NCBI RefSeq assembly: GCF_052425735.1
Contig: NC_135769.1
Location: forward strand, 4,340,001 to 4,404,000
DNA length: 64,000 nt
Source of the DNA: Oculina patagonica
Taxonomy: Eukaryota
Direction of reading: 5' to 3'
The position numbers were made by a program, and so were the translations under genes. Under the pieces are notes generated by a model that saw only the letters and a list, made by a program, of their open reading frames with translations, made no database searches and was not told where the DNA came from. How positions within the stretch are numbered: the first letter of the stretch is position 1; each line of letters opens with the position of its first letter. This document shows positions 37,492 through 49,639 of this stretch, piece after piece.

Positions 37492-38499
37492 CTCAGAGCC
37501 GGCCGCCTGCCCCTCTTAGCCGACAGAGCTCGGGGTAGAAAGAAAAAGTGGCTCTGGGAACACATGATCTGAATGGCTAGATGCTAACAAAGACAATTCA
37601 GATCTAGCCAATCAAGTCAAGTCCCTTTGTTGTTAGGGATGGCTTTCGTTTCGAAAACCGCCTGTCCCTCTTAGCCGACAGAGTCTGGGATAGGAAGAAC
37701 AAGTGGCTATGCGAACACATGATCTAAAGGGCTAGATTTTTAAAAAAGATAAATAAAATCTAGCCAATCAATTCAAGTCCCTGTTGTTGTTAGGGATGGA
37801 GTTCGTTCCCAGAGCCACCTGTCCGTCTTAGCGGACAGAGCCTGAGGGGGTGGCCCCAAGAGCGCAGTGCTCGCACGCGCCGCAATGCTCGCAAATTAAT
37901 GGGTGCCGTGCCGTGCCGCACCATACAAGTGCTCAATGCTCGGAGGGGGGGGAAGTGCTCGGCGCAAGGCTAACGTCGCTCGTGCCGCAAAGAAACGCGG
38001 CCGGGCCGCAAAGCTCGCAAAGACCATTCGATACCCCTAGCCTGGGGCAGGAAGAACAAGTGGCTCTAGGAACACATGATCTGAATGGCTAGATTTTTAA
38101 AAAAGATAAATAAAATCTAGCCAATCAATTCAAGTCCCTTTGTTGTTAGAGATGGAGTTCGTTCCCAGAGCCACCTGTCCGTCTTAGCCGACAGAGCCTG
38201 GGGCAGGAAGAACAAGTGGCTCTAGGAACACATGATCTGAATGGCTAGATTTTAACAAAGATAATTCAAATCTAGCCAATCAAGTCAGGTCCCTATGTTG
38301 TGAGGGATGGCTTTCGTTACCAGTGCCGCCTGTCCATCCTAGCCGACAGAGCCTGGTATAGGAAGAACAACTGGCTCTGGGAACACATGATCTGAATGGC
38401 TAGATGTTAACAAAGATAATTCAAATCTAGCCAATCAAGTCAAGTCCCTTTGTTGTTAGGGATGGATCTCGTCCCATGAACTGCCTGTCCGTCTTAGCC
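37492..38499. repeat. Tandem array of ~155-157-bp self-complementary units (5 copies plus a partial)
   Basis: CACATGATCT recurs at 37561, 37716, 38073, 38229 and 38384; the third unit carries an insertion. Confidence 0.95.
37845..38038 (-). mobile_element. 194-bp non-autonomous element, AGGGG...CCCCT termini, 6-bp TSD
   Basis: TSD AGCCTG on both sides, with the empty site visible in neighbouring units; one end matches 47262. Confidence 0.85.
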
Positions 38500-41103
38500 A
38501 TCGGGGCCACATCGACCAGAACAATCACAACCGCCAACGCCAACAATGAAGGCAATTTGTCGAACCAGGTTTCCCTTGAAAATTTTAGATTTTACGATCC
38601 CACTGTATTTATGCAGATAACTATTTTTTTGATGTCGGACTAATTTTTCTACACAACTTCGCACCCTTTTGATTGTAAAGACACATTTGATACTAAACTT
38701 ATACTAAACATGGTCAGCAAGTTTATCATGAATCGTTATTTTTTTTAATCATTCAAGATAAAAGTGAAGCTTATAATAAGTGCAAATCTACCTGACCTAG
38801 AAGACTCAACACTAATGGTCAAATAAATTGTTCTTCGTCTATGGTATTTAAACAATCGTAGCAGTCGTCTGGATCTGCATGCGATAACTCGAAGGAAAAC
38901 CCAAACTGTTCCGTTTCCCCGTAATTGTTCGAGTCATCGGTTGTTGATCTACTGCATTTTCTTCAGTGGCATCATTACTAAATGCATGTTGAGAAATACC
39001 ACATACATACTTTTTCACTACATCTGTTTATTTTTTTTTATTCCTTTGATCGAGGAAATATCACATACACACCAGTTAATCCCGACACGTTTCCAAGTAA
39101 CTTTGATGAACGCTAAAAATTTTGATTGCGTCAATTTATTATCGGTGACTGAAGTATAATTATCTCCTTTACAAAAGATTTAATATAAAGTTAGTGTCAT
39201 TTTTTCGTTACTAAATCGGCAGAAATGGTTACCTGAGAGAAACCTTCCATCTACTCTTTATTTTGAGGTAAAGGTCATTTTTCATTAACGAAAATCTTGA
39301 ACAATACCCCCAAACTTGTAGGTTGTTTGTTTATTTTGAGTGCCCGTGAAAGCAAATTTAAATCATCAGAGAAACACATTATGCATAGATTAATGTAGAT
39401 TTATGTTTTATATCGGCGGCGACACAAGGTTAAGCCTCGCACTGAACAAATGTCATCAAGTTAAAATGACTTTTTTAACTAGCAGTTTGTATTTATCTCT
39501 ATGCCTCAGTGGTGGTAAAAACAACTTGCTCATTTCAGGCAATCTCGCCATTATTGAGCTTACTTTAATTTCTGAAAGTGCAATTACTGCGGAAAGAAAT
39601 TAAATCGTTTTCGATGGCGGAATCATTAGTTTTAATGAAAAAGCTGAAGTTATCGGTTTCAGTATCAAGGAAAATTGGTCAACAGAAACAATAAGAAACA
39701 AAAAGTCTTTATTAAAAAAGCTGGTTTGCACAAAGGGAAAAAGAATCCCACTCGGAAAACATTATGGTTAGCGCAAACCGCTGCCAGTTGGAAAGACATT
39801 AAAAGAAGTTATTTTGCCACTAGCTATAGTTTAATGGACAACAGTTGCTCAACTGGGTTGCAATCCCATGAAAACCGGTAATGTAGGGTGTAATTTATCA
39901 CTATTATCGACAGTATTGGGGAAAAAGTCGCAATCTTTTAAAACATTATTGGTTTCCTGCGGTGATTATATCTACGAGTTGTTTGCAAAACAGAGTAATA
40001 AAAATCCAGCCAGATGCTTAGTCTCATCTCTCCCATTATAATTGTTTGTGTGAACCTGAACATTAAGTTGAATATGAATCATTTTCAAGCAGTTCGCGGC
40101 GAGATTCAGTCTGGTAAATATGGGACTGTGGTCAGATTATAAAAAAAATGAGATATTCTTTCAACGCAAACGGAATGTTTCGTCGGTTTAATGCGAAGAA
40201 TCTTAAAGTGGATCAAAGGATTTTCCAGATGGTGTAAAGTGGTGGCCTTTTGTCTTTTAAAAGCAGCGGACAGTTAAAAGCGACACCCTGTAGAGACATT
40301 ACGAGGGCGAAGTTTCGCTTCTATATATTAAGTTTACGCAGCATATCTTATAATTGTGATTACACACGAGAAAGGTATCTGGTTTAAAGATTATCAGGGG
40401 TGTATATTGTGCACACGGTTGACAAGACAGAAAAAAAACTTTGAGGAATCTCGGCGAGCCACACTGAACTGTAGACCACCTAAGTTATCATGGAAAATGA
40501 TTGAATATTGATTGTTTTGTTTTTCAAATGAGCTGAAAAATCCATAACAGGTTTCCCGGCAGGATATTCAATTAGGACGACAGCGGGGACCATATAAATG
40601 AAGTGACAAACCTGTCGAGCTGTCCTTGTGCTCTTGAAGAGGAAGACAACTTTGACATGCTTTTTTGGACAGGTGCGTACAAATAGAAAGTGAATAAACG
40701 GTCTGAGCGTTTGCACGGAAAAACAGTTCAATTGATTATTCAACGGGAGAGAGGTATCCTCAGGAGATATCGCCGTGGGGATAAGAGCATTCAAAGATAT
40801 CAGTCTGCGAAGAAAAACGGGCCTTTAAGCGCTGTGTTATCTCGACTCATCGAATAACACAACCAGGCGCTCTTTCGCTGGGGAGGTGAACGTGTCGTGG
40901 TGTGTCAAAATTAACAACGGCAGCAAGAAAACAAACTTACACGCAAGCACAATAGGAAAAGGAGACAAGTTTCCTATTAAAAGGCGACAATCTTACATTT
41001 TATTAGGTTAACGCTGCTAGCTACCGCAGAGAGAAGGAAAACGAGAAAAGACGATTTAAAGAAAGAAAGGAAATCTTGTTAGCCAGCTTGTCAAAACCGG
41101 ATT

Positions 41104-42099
41104 ATGGCTGTGAATGAAAGCACGGATAGTTCCGCCCATCTGGAAAATCTTCGCTCGTTGTACATGAAGTTTGAACTCACCGAGGGAATCTGTCTTTCCA
41201 TAATGTCGGTGTTAACTGTATCCGCGAACATTTTACTCTTAATAGCAATATGGAAAGACCCCGAGAAAAGCTTTCGTTCGCCAACAACATATTTCTTAAT
41301 TGGGCTTGGAATAGCGGACCTTTTGACCGGCGCAACAACCGAACCATTTTTCGCAGTATTCTACATAATGCGTTATCTACGCGGACCCAAAAACATCCCT
41401 GCATTGATCTCTCGTCTGTACGACGTGGGACAATCAATTTCAACCGTGACCATAAGCTCCTCGTATTTGATAATCCTCGGTTTGTCGATATCGCAATATA
41501 TTGCCATTAAGTGGCCTCATAAGTATAAAGTTTTCATCACGAGAAATCGTGTTATTGTCAGCGTCTTGCTTAGCTGGCTGTACTTCATATGTTTCATACT
41601 GGTGCTGTCTTTTACCCCGAACATCGATACAGTTTTATTCCTGAAGGTAGACTTGGCATTGCACCCTGTGCTAATTTCATCCGTTTTGCTCATAACTTTG
41701 ATTTTACTGTACAGGGTCTTTACCAAGCAAGTGCAGCAGAGAAAATCTTTCCGAGACTCCGCGAAAACCGTAAAAGACGGCGCTAAAGGAAGAGCGGATA
41801 ATCTTCAACGGCAGTTTACCATCGTTACGTTTTACTTAGCCGCGGTTCTTCTAATCTCAGCTCTGCCTCACATTGCTGTTCAGTTTGTGTGGCTGTACGC
41901 GGATCTTCCCCTAGAGGGAGTGTATTATATTTTTATGGCTCTGCGGATTAGAGATTTGTTACTGTTCCTCAAGGTGGCGCTGGATGCTTTTATTTACGCT
42001 TGGAGATTGCCTGCTTATCGACAGGCGTTGAAAAAGTCGTTGAATTGTTCAAATATCACAGGAAAACCGCGATCAGAAACGGAAGAAATACAGTTGTGA
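41104..42099 (+). CDS. Atypical class A orphan GPCR (331 aa), not of the nine-member family
   Basis: 7TM; AN (TM1), GLGIAD (TM2), SQY in place of DRY, W4.50, SALP, DAFIY in place of NPxxY, helix 8 YRQAL. Confidence 0.9.
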   Translation: MAVNESTDSSAHLENLRSLYMKFELTEGICLSIMSVLTVSANILLLIAIWKDPEKSFRSPTTYFLIGLGIADLLTGATTEPFFAVFYIMRYLRGPKNIPALISRLYDVGQSISTVTISSSYLIILGLSISQYIAIKWPHKYKVFITRNRVIVSVLLSWLYFICFILVLSFTPNIDTVLFLKVDLALHPVLISSVLLITLILLYRVFTKQVQQRKSFRDSAKTVKDGAKGRADNLQRQFTIVTFYLAAVLLISALPHIAVQFVWLYADLPLEGVYYIFMALRIRDLLLFLKVALDAFIYAWRLPAYRQALKKSLNCSNITGKPRSETEEIQL

Positions 42100-44224
42100 T
42101 TGCGTTCAAGATCAAAATACGATATTGAGGTTTAAAAAATTAAAATTAATGCGGTAACACACCCTTTTAGAATGTAGTTGTTGCTGTTTCTAGAAAGAGT
42201 TCTTATGTAAACTATGATAAATTAGACCGGAAAGCCACGTCTTGTACAGACAGACTATTTGGAAACTAAACGAAAACGAAAGCAATGTTTAATCACATCG
42301 CTCCGCGTTGCTAGTTTAAAAAGAATCTGTAATATCTGTGACGACCAAATTTATTACGTCAAGAATTTACCGCCTTATCAGTTACGAGAAGAATATACCT
42401 TTACTTTCGACAGTTTTATCAGTAATCAATACCGCAAAGCAAAGAGATAGCCTATACGTTTGGAATAAGAGATTCTTAATAAATAATTCAGTAACAAAAT
42501 AGGAAATAGATTATTATGAGAAAACCCAATGACATTGACACATTGACATGTGTCAAGAATCTTGGTCCAATCACATTGCTTATTGACCGAGACTGGTTTT
42601 ATTGACCCGCTTTGACAAGTTTGATTCCGATATATTTTCCGCGTCGTTGGTAAATAAATGTCTGTTTTATTTTTTATCTTATTCTGGTTTGCATTATCTG
42701 TTTAAAAGCTTGAAAATTGCAGTGGGTGCATCTGCTGCGATGAGGGGATTTGCTGGGCGTGAAGTCAGAATACCAACTTGGTTGTTTGCATATAACACGT
42801 CTTCTAACAAAACCTAACAAGAAACTGACAGAAAACTCAAGGAATAGATTTTTGCGCGCACGAACAAGAAGGATTGGTAGTTTACCGCAAGGGGTACTTT
42901 AAAAGTACTATTACTGCGATTTGCTACACTTTTGGTCAAAATAATCTAAAACTATATCTGAGTACTTTCTTTTATACACAAAATATTCCTAGAGGTATTA
43001 AGTGAATAGCCGAAGGAAGAGCAAATTGTAAAGCGATTTTGGCTATTATTCCTAGACACAACGACAGAATTTGAGAAAGTTTGCCGGACTTTTTTAATTC
43101 GAAGACCAAAACCCTGTGCACGGGTAATTCACGATAACACCCCCTTTATAGCTTCAACTTACTAGTATAGTAATGTTTAACAAAACTACACCTATTTTTC
43201 AGCTTTCCATCAATGTAAGTGCGTTCTTTGGCTTTTGAATTTTCAATGTCATGCTCACGATATTTTTTTTTTATTTACAAAATGTCCCTGTCATAACTTT
43301 CCTTGACCGCCAAGGATAGCGCGACGTGACAAGAGTATTAATAAAGTTAGTTCAGTCTTCAACCGTGTTTAATTAAGACAATCAGTAGAAGTTTTTTCTT
43401 GGCACTATATGCATATTTTGACTTTGCTAAATTGGTTTTAGCGACATGTCTGTCAATTTACCTAACCAACTTATGGCGCGGAACGAAAACTGAAATAATT
43501 GGGGTCAATTTCCGGCACTCTAAGCAGCCCGGTTTTCGTTCTATCCCTCGTTTGAGCGCTGGCTTATTTTTCTCGGCACGGTTAACGTTTGGTACCATGT
43601 CTAAAAACCCCCAAAACACTGCATGTTATATAAAACGTGGGTTTCTAGCTATTGTTTGGCAAAACCATCAAAATGTTCCTTAACTTTATGCGTTGGGCTA
43701 ATTACTCTCAGGTAAGAATAGAAAGCCTGGCCAACGGTGAATAATTATCATATCTGTGAGTCTTGCCTCTTGCTTGTTACGGCCCTGGAAGCAGAGAGAG
43801 TTTCTGGGTTCTCAACGTGGCATTTTTTCTGAGCCGGACCGTTATTGCTTTTGACAGCTAAATACAGTGTTCAAATCCAGTTTAGAAACGTTGAGCGACT
43901 TTAATCATAAAACTGTCGGCGATCTCTCATTTGTCAAACTAACTGAATTCAAAACATGAGTTTAAGGGGCCACGTTCCCACGATTTGAATAAATTAAGTT
44001 CGACGTTTGAAATGGAACTCGAGGCCGTGACAATGGCGCCCCAGGGTCGACCCTATTTAAATTGATTAACCCTATTCAGACCAGAATGCATGGGGAATCT
44101 GTATAAACCGACTCAGGCTAAATAGCTTTTTTAATATTTAAGAAAATGACACTAAACTTTTCTAACCTAACTTGAAGTTACCATGGCAACAATATTTTGA
44201 CAGTCCTATTTTTCAAAATTTAAC

Positions 44225-45662
44225 ATGTCATCGCACGCGTGTCATTGCACGCGTGTCATTGCACGCGTGTCGTTGCACGCGTGTCCTTGCACGCGTGTCA
44301 TCGCACGCGTGTCATGGCACGCGTGTCATCGCACGCCTGTCATCGCACGCGTGTCATGGCACGCGTGTCATCGCACGCGTGTCATCGCACGCGTGTCATG
44401 GCACGCGTGTCATGGCACGCGTGTCATGGCACGCGTGTCATCGCACGCGTGTCATGGCACGCGTGTCATCGCACGCGTGTCATCGCACGCGTGTCATGGC
44501 ACGCGTGTCATCGCACGCGTGTCATGGCACGCGTGTCATGGCACGCGTGTCATGGCACGCGTGTCATGGCACGCGTGTCATCGCACGCGTGTCATGGCAC
44601 GCGTGTCATCGCACGCGTGTCATCGCACGCGTGTCATCGCACGCGTGTCATGGCACGCGTGTCATCGCACGCGTGTCATCGCACGCGTGTCATGGCACGC
44701 GTGTCATGGCACGCGTGTCATGGCACGCGTGTCATGGCACGCGTGCGATGACACGCGTGCCATGACACGCGTGCCATGACACGCGTGCCATGACACGCGT
44801 GGATGACACGCGTGCCATGACACGCGTGCAATGACACGCGTGCCATGACAGCGTCGGTGACACGCGTGAATGACACGCGTGCGATGACACGCGTGTGATG
44901 ACAGCGTGCCATGACACGCGTAAATGACACGCGTGCATGACACGCGTGCCATGACACGCGTGCGATGACACGCGTGCGATGACACGCGTGCCATGACACG
45001 CGTGCAATGACACGCGTGCGATGACACGCGTGCGATGACACGCGTGTCATCGCACGCGTGTCATTGCACGCGTGTCATCGCACGCGTGTCATCGCACGCG
45101 TGTCATCGCACGCGTGTCATCGCACGCGTGTCATCGCACGCGTGTCATGGCACGCGTGTCATTGCACGCGTGTCATGGCACGCGTGTCATTGTACGCGTG
45201 TCATGGCACGCGTGTCATGGCACGCGTGTCATCGCACGCGTGTCATTGCACGCGTGTCACCGCACGCGTGTCATGGCACGCGTGTCATTGCACGCGTGTC
45301 ATGGCACGCGTGTCATGGCACGCGTGTCATCGCACGCATGTCATCGCACGCGTGTCATGGCACGTGTCATCGCACGCGTGTCATCGCACGCGTGTCATGG
45401 CACGCGTGTCATCGCACGCGTGTCATGGCACGCGTGTTATGGCACGCGTGTCATGGCACGCGTGTCATGGCACGCGTGTCATGGCACGCGTGTCATCGCA
45501 CGCGTGTCATCGCACGCGTTTCATGGCACGCGTGTCATCGCACGCGTGTCATCGCACGCGTGTCGTGGCACGCGTGTCATGGCACGCGTGTCATCGCACG
45601 CGTGTCATGGCACGCGTGTCATCGCACGCGTGTCATTGCATGCGTCGTGTCATGGCACGTGT
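44225..45662. repeat. 14-bp CpG-rich satellite GTCAT(G/C/T)GCACGCGT with an internal inverted block
   Basis: About 100 tandem units; orientation is reversed between about 44745 and 45040. Confidence 0.97.
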
Positions 45663-47261
45663 TTGAACAATTAAGAGGCAACATGTTAACTAGTGGTAAC
45701 CACAGGTTAGAAAGTGCGGGCCTCGATGCAGTTAAGAGAAGTTACTGGGAGGGAAGTGTTTCAGACAGTGTCGATAAATCACTGGACAAAAGAAAATTTT
45801 TCCGAGTCAGGTCGAGTAACGCGTCACGCTTAAGTCACGAATGTTTTTTATCGTTTCCTATTGCCGCGAACCAATTAGAGTTGTTTTTTTGATTGACAGT
45901 TTTGCGAAATATAGTCGAGCACGCGGTGTGAATTGAGATGTGATTTTCGTCCGTCGGCAAACTCGCTTTGTTGTCAGTGTTATAAGGAATTTCTCGAGAA
46001 TAACCGTTGGAATCATTCGCTTTGCCGTAGTTTATCTGTGATATAATCACAGCAGATCTTCTCAAAAGCAACACCTATAAAACAACGAACGTAAAACGTA
46101 ATGTCTGCAAGACAGAAGCCTCGATCTAATGTGACAAACTGTTGATTTTTCGCATTCTTATCGCTCTTGGAGACAAGATTTTTCTCTTCCGGTATTACGA
46201 CAAACTGTCGTGATTGACACATTTTTTGCATTCCGATCGTTCTTAGTGGAAGAACAAAATTTTCAACTTCAGGTTTGCAGATAGCCTTTATAAACGTGGC
46301 GCGCACGCGTAATACGCAATCCGCTGGTCACTGTCAAGATTAGGGTTGCGGGCCTCTCTTGGGCCCGCAACAACAAAATTGAAAGGTTTCGCCATTTAAC
46401 CATGTGTAGATTTTTAATCCAACTCTTCCCTCTCTTTAGCTCTTTTCCAACTTAAACCTGCTTATGTGTTCCACCCCTCACCCTCCCATTCCACTATTTC
46501 CACTATCATGGGTAGTGCATCTGAACAGTGAGGATCCCATCCCTTCTACTGCCCTCTCCTACCCTAACCATTTTCCATCGCATTTTCCTCTCCTCGTCGC
46601 TTAGGTAGTGGTGTCGGCCGAGTGGAGGTGTGGGGGTGAGTAACTGTGCGGCAAAAACGAAAAAAAGAATTTGAACTAATTAAGAACTGTTATCGTAAAA
46701 TAATATCGCGGAATAAGCTGTCTTAATCAAAGGCTCCTTGAGTTGTCTTGTGTACTGAACAGAGTCTTCATCTCTGCATTGTCTGCATGCGCCGCGCTTG
46801 GGTCTCTTGAGGCGTTAAAATAATAATTTAACTGCAGCACGTTAACCGCCCGCCAGAACATGAATCCTTTCGATTTGTAGTAAAAAGTATGGATACCTTA
46901 ATAGAACTACCCCCTCTGTATTTTGTGGCAAATAAATGCTTGGTCGGTTGTTGTTAAATGCCCAGACATAAAGCATATAAAATGTATCAGAAGGTAAGAA
47001 ATCTTGCTTCTTGTTTGCTTCTCGGTCTTACAACCTTTATTCATATTGATTAAGCACACAGAATAGGACTTGACGCGACTTAGCTGAGTGCTCTCATGAC
47101 GTCATAAAATAGCTTCAGTGCACTCTTTCACGCACGTTCCCACGCTCCCTCTTTAACCCACGCGTCCACAAACACTCGCTCACTTGCCAATGCACGCACG
47201 CTTGCTCTCTCGCTCGCTCGCTCGCCTACTTATTCACCTGTTCAGTTTGTTACAATTACAT

Positions 47262-47495
47262 AGGGGTATCAAATGGTCTTTGCGAGCATGCGAGCACAGC
47301 GTTTTTCTTTGCGAGCACGAGCATTGACAAAAATTAGCCTTGCGAGCAACGAGCACTTTTCAAAAACCTACCTCTACTAAAAACCGAGCATGCGAGCACT
47401 TGTAAAAATGTGCGAGCACGAGCAAACGAGCACCCATTAAAATTTTGCGAGCATTGCGAGCACTGCGACATTTTGAGGGACCTTTCTTGAGTCCT
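47262..47495 (+). mobile_element. Non-autonomous element, AGG...CCT termini, 6-bp TSD, internal GCGAGCA repeats
   Basis: TTACAT on both flanks; its start AGGGGTATCAAATGGTCTTTGCGAGC is shared with the 37845-38038 element. Confidence 0.8.
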
Positions 47496-47854
47496 TTACA
47501 TGATACATGAACGCATTAGGCAGTTTAGCAGTTGAGGCGAATTAGACATTATTTACAATTTAACCTTAATATACTCAACAGTTTTAAATGACGTTTTTAT
47601 CAAGTCTGCATAGCCAATTAATCTCAGTGTTTCCACTCTAGTGAGTTCCCGTCGTCTTAAGTTCACCGTGAGCCGTCGTCTGCTACCTTTAGCTGTTGTC
47701 TCGCGCTAAGTGTTCAGCTTGGTAGAGAAGGGTAGCCAATTAAAGCTCCTGATTGACCACTGTGTCTATTCGTCGATCTGCATGACGACGCATCTCTTAT
47801 CGGTGGCAGGATCGTGTCATGTGTTTTACATGAAGTGTCCTTTACACAAATGTT

Positions 47855-48802
47855 TTAGAATCTATTACATGACAGCAATTTAACAGCAGCACGTCGGAGG
47901 TCAGCTCTGTAAAACGAATAGATAAGTGGGTTAACAGATGACTGCACGATGAAGAGAAATATCGACATCTTCTGCAGTAGTATATTAACCCGTCCTCCGC
48001 TTATCAGATACTGGACGTTGAATGAGACTCGTGGAATCCACGACACCACAAACACTATCACAACAAGGGCGCAAGCCAATGTCCCCTTTCGTGTTCGAGC
48101 AACTTCTGCTTGAGTCTCTGGGTTTACAGCTTCGTCTGCCGCATTCTGAGGATGTCCGAGGGCGAAGACCTGACGCACCTGCTGTCGGATGGTCAATATG
48201 ATCTTGATATTTACCACAGAAATTATCGTGGATGGTATCAGGAGAACTACCAGCAGAAGTATGTTATTGTACAGGCCATTAAGCGCGATTAATTCAGCTC
48301 CAGTTGTTGTGTGTTGCCAAAAATTGCGGATTGAAGCGATGGTTAAGGACGCGCTCCAGACCATGATCATGATAAAGAAAGCTCTACGTCTAGTCATTAC
48401 GTCGGAGTAACGAAGGGGTCTGTAGACTGCCAAAGCGCGATCATAAGAAATTGTAAGCAAATTGTAGATACTCGAAGCGAGAGCGATGTCTTTCGAACCT
48501 TTGAAGAACCAACAGTGCTTGCTTAGCGCGTACTCGAAACAGCCAACGCAGAACAGCGAATAACCCGGAACGACGCACGAAGCCATTATGATGTCGGTGA
48601 CAGCCAGCGACGCGATAAATAGGTTCATCGGTTGCTGTCGAAGTCGGGGACTCGTTGCTATGGACAGGAACACCAGAACGTTGCCAAGGAGGATGACGGC
48701 GCCTACGGTAAGGTTGAGAACCATGAATGTTGTCTCGATGGACTGATCGCAGGATGAGGGTTCGGTTATGTTTGTTGCCGGTACTGAATTGCTCGTTGAC
48801 AT
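47855..48802 (-). CDS. Class A orphan GPCR, family member 7 (315 aa)
   Basis: 7TM; GN, SLAVTD, YDRA, SWIP, NPLIY. Confidence 0.95.
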   Translation of the reverse strand: MSTSNSVPATNITEPSSCDQSIETTFMVLNLTVGAVILLGNVLVFLSIATSPRLRQQPMNLFIASLAVTDIIMASCVVPGYSLFCVGCFEYALSKHCWFFKGSKDIALASSIYNLLTISYDRALAVYRPLRYSDVMTRRRAFFIMIMVWSASLTIASIRNFWQHTTTGAELIALNGLYNNILLLVVLLIPSTIISVVNIKIILTIRQQVRQVFALGHPQNAADEAVNPETQAEVARTRKGTLACALVVIVFVVSWIPRVSFNVQYLISGGRVNILLQKMSIFLFIVQSSVNPLIYSFYRADLRRAAVKLLSCNRF

Positions 48803-49588
48803 CTTAGTATGCCGGTCTTGTGATCTTAACGCAATTTGTACTGGTGTGGCAAGATCGCGAAGATGGTTTCTGATGAAGAATTTTCAGAAACGTTTTTAGA
48901 ACAGTTAGATTGTGTGATCTTATTTAACTTTTGTTCCTTTGAGGCCTGGGAAGGTCGCAAAGAACATGTTTGTTGGTAAATTGCCAGGAAATTGCTAAAC
49001 AACACGCACCTGATTTAACGGCTGGCCAGCAAGATCGCGAAGATGGTTTTCTGATCTAACGATAAATTGTCGGAGAACCATTCAAAGATTAGTTTGTCGA
49101 CTGTCTGTTCTGATCACAGTTGCTGTTCTGTCGTTAAAAGATGGTTAGTTTTCCCAGATGACCGTGTTTCCGCATTTATCGATGATTCCTCACTCGCGTA
49201 ACATTAACCGAACTGATCTTTTTAAGTGTAGCTTCAATATTTAAGAAGCTCGATCTTAATGGATTTTTTTAATACAAATGAACTGATGCCAAATGGATTT
49301 AGCGCACAACAATGGACTGTACCAAAATAGAATAAAAAGAAAAGAATCCTCGATCATTTGGACATGTAGTGATGCATTCATTTGAAATATTTAAAAGAAC
49401 TAAATATATTAAATTGCGAATAACTTTTATTGATTCTAATGCGCGGTTTATGTAAAACCTTTGATTTTTTCCGCCATAACATTGAAAATAATTATTTTCG
49501 CCAAGGTTTTTGTCAGTTTTAATACACAGTTTATTTGAAAGGTTTTGCTTCTTCTCGATAACATTTTTCGTGCATTACCAAGGATATA

Positions 49589-49639
49589 AAATATTATTAG
49601 ATGAAAAATATTATTAGATGACAAATATTATTAGATGAC
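49589..49639 (+). repeat. Short tandem repeat AAATATTATTAGATGA x3
   Basis: Directly visible. Confidence 0.8.

Noticed and set aside
37492-38499. CRISPR array or canonical hammerhead retrozyme
   Set aside because: There are no unique spacers or cas genes, the context is eukaryotic, and no intact CUGANGA core exists on either strand.
29615-42045. Duplications as uncollapsed haplotype artefacts
   Set aside because: The copies differ by many substitutions, indels, copy-specific TE insertions and orientation, which indicates an old real event.
44172-45892. Long His/Cys/Arg-rich ORFs on both strands
   Set aside because: They are translations of the stop-free 14-bp satellite and are open in all frames.
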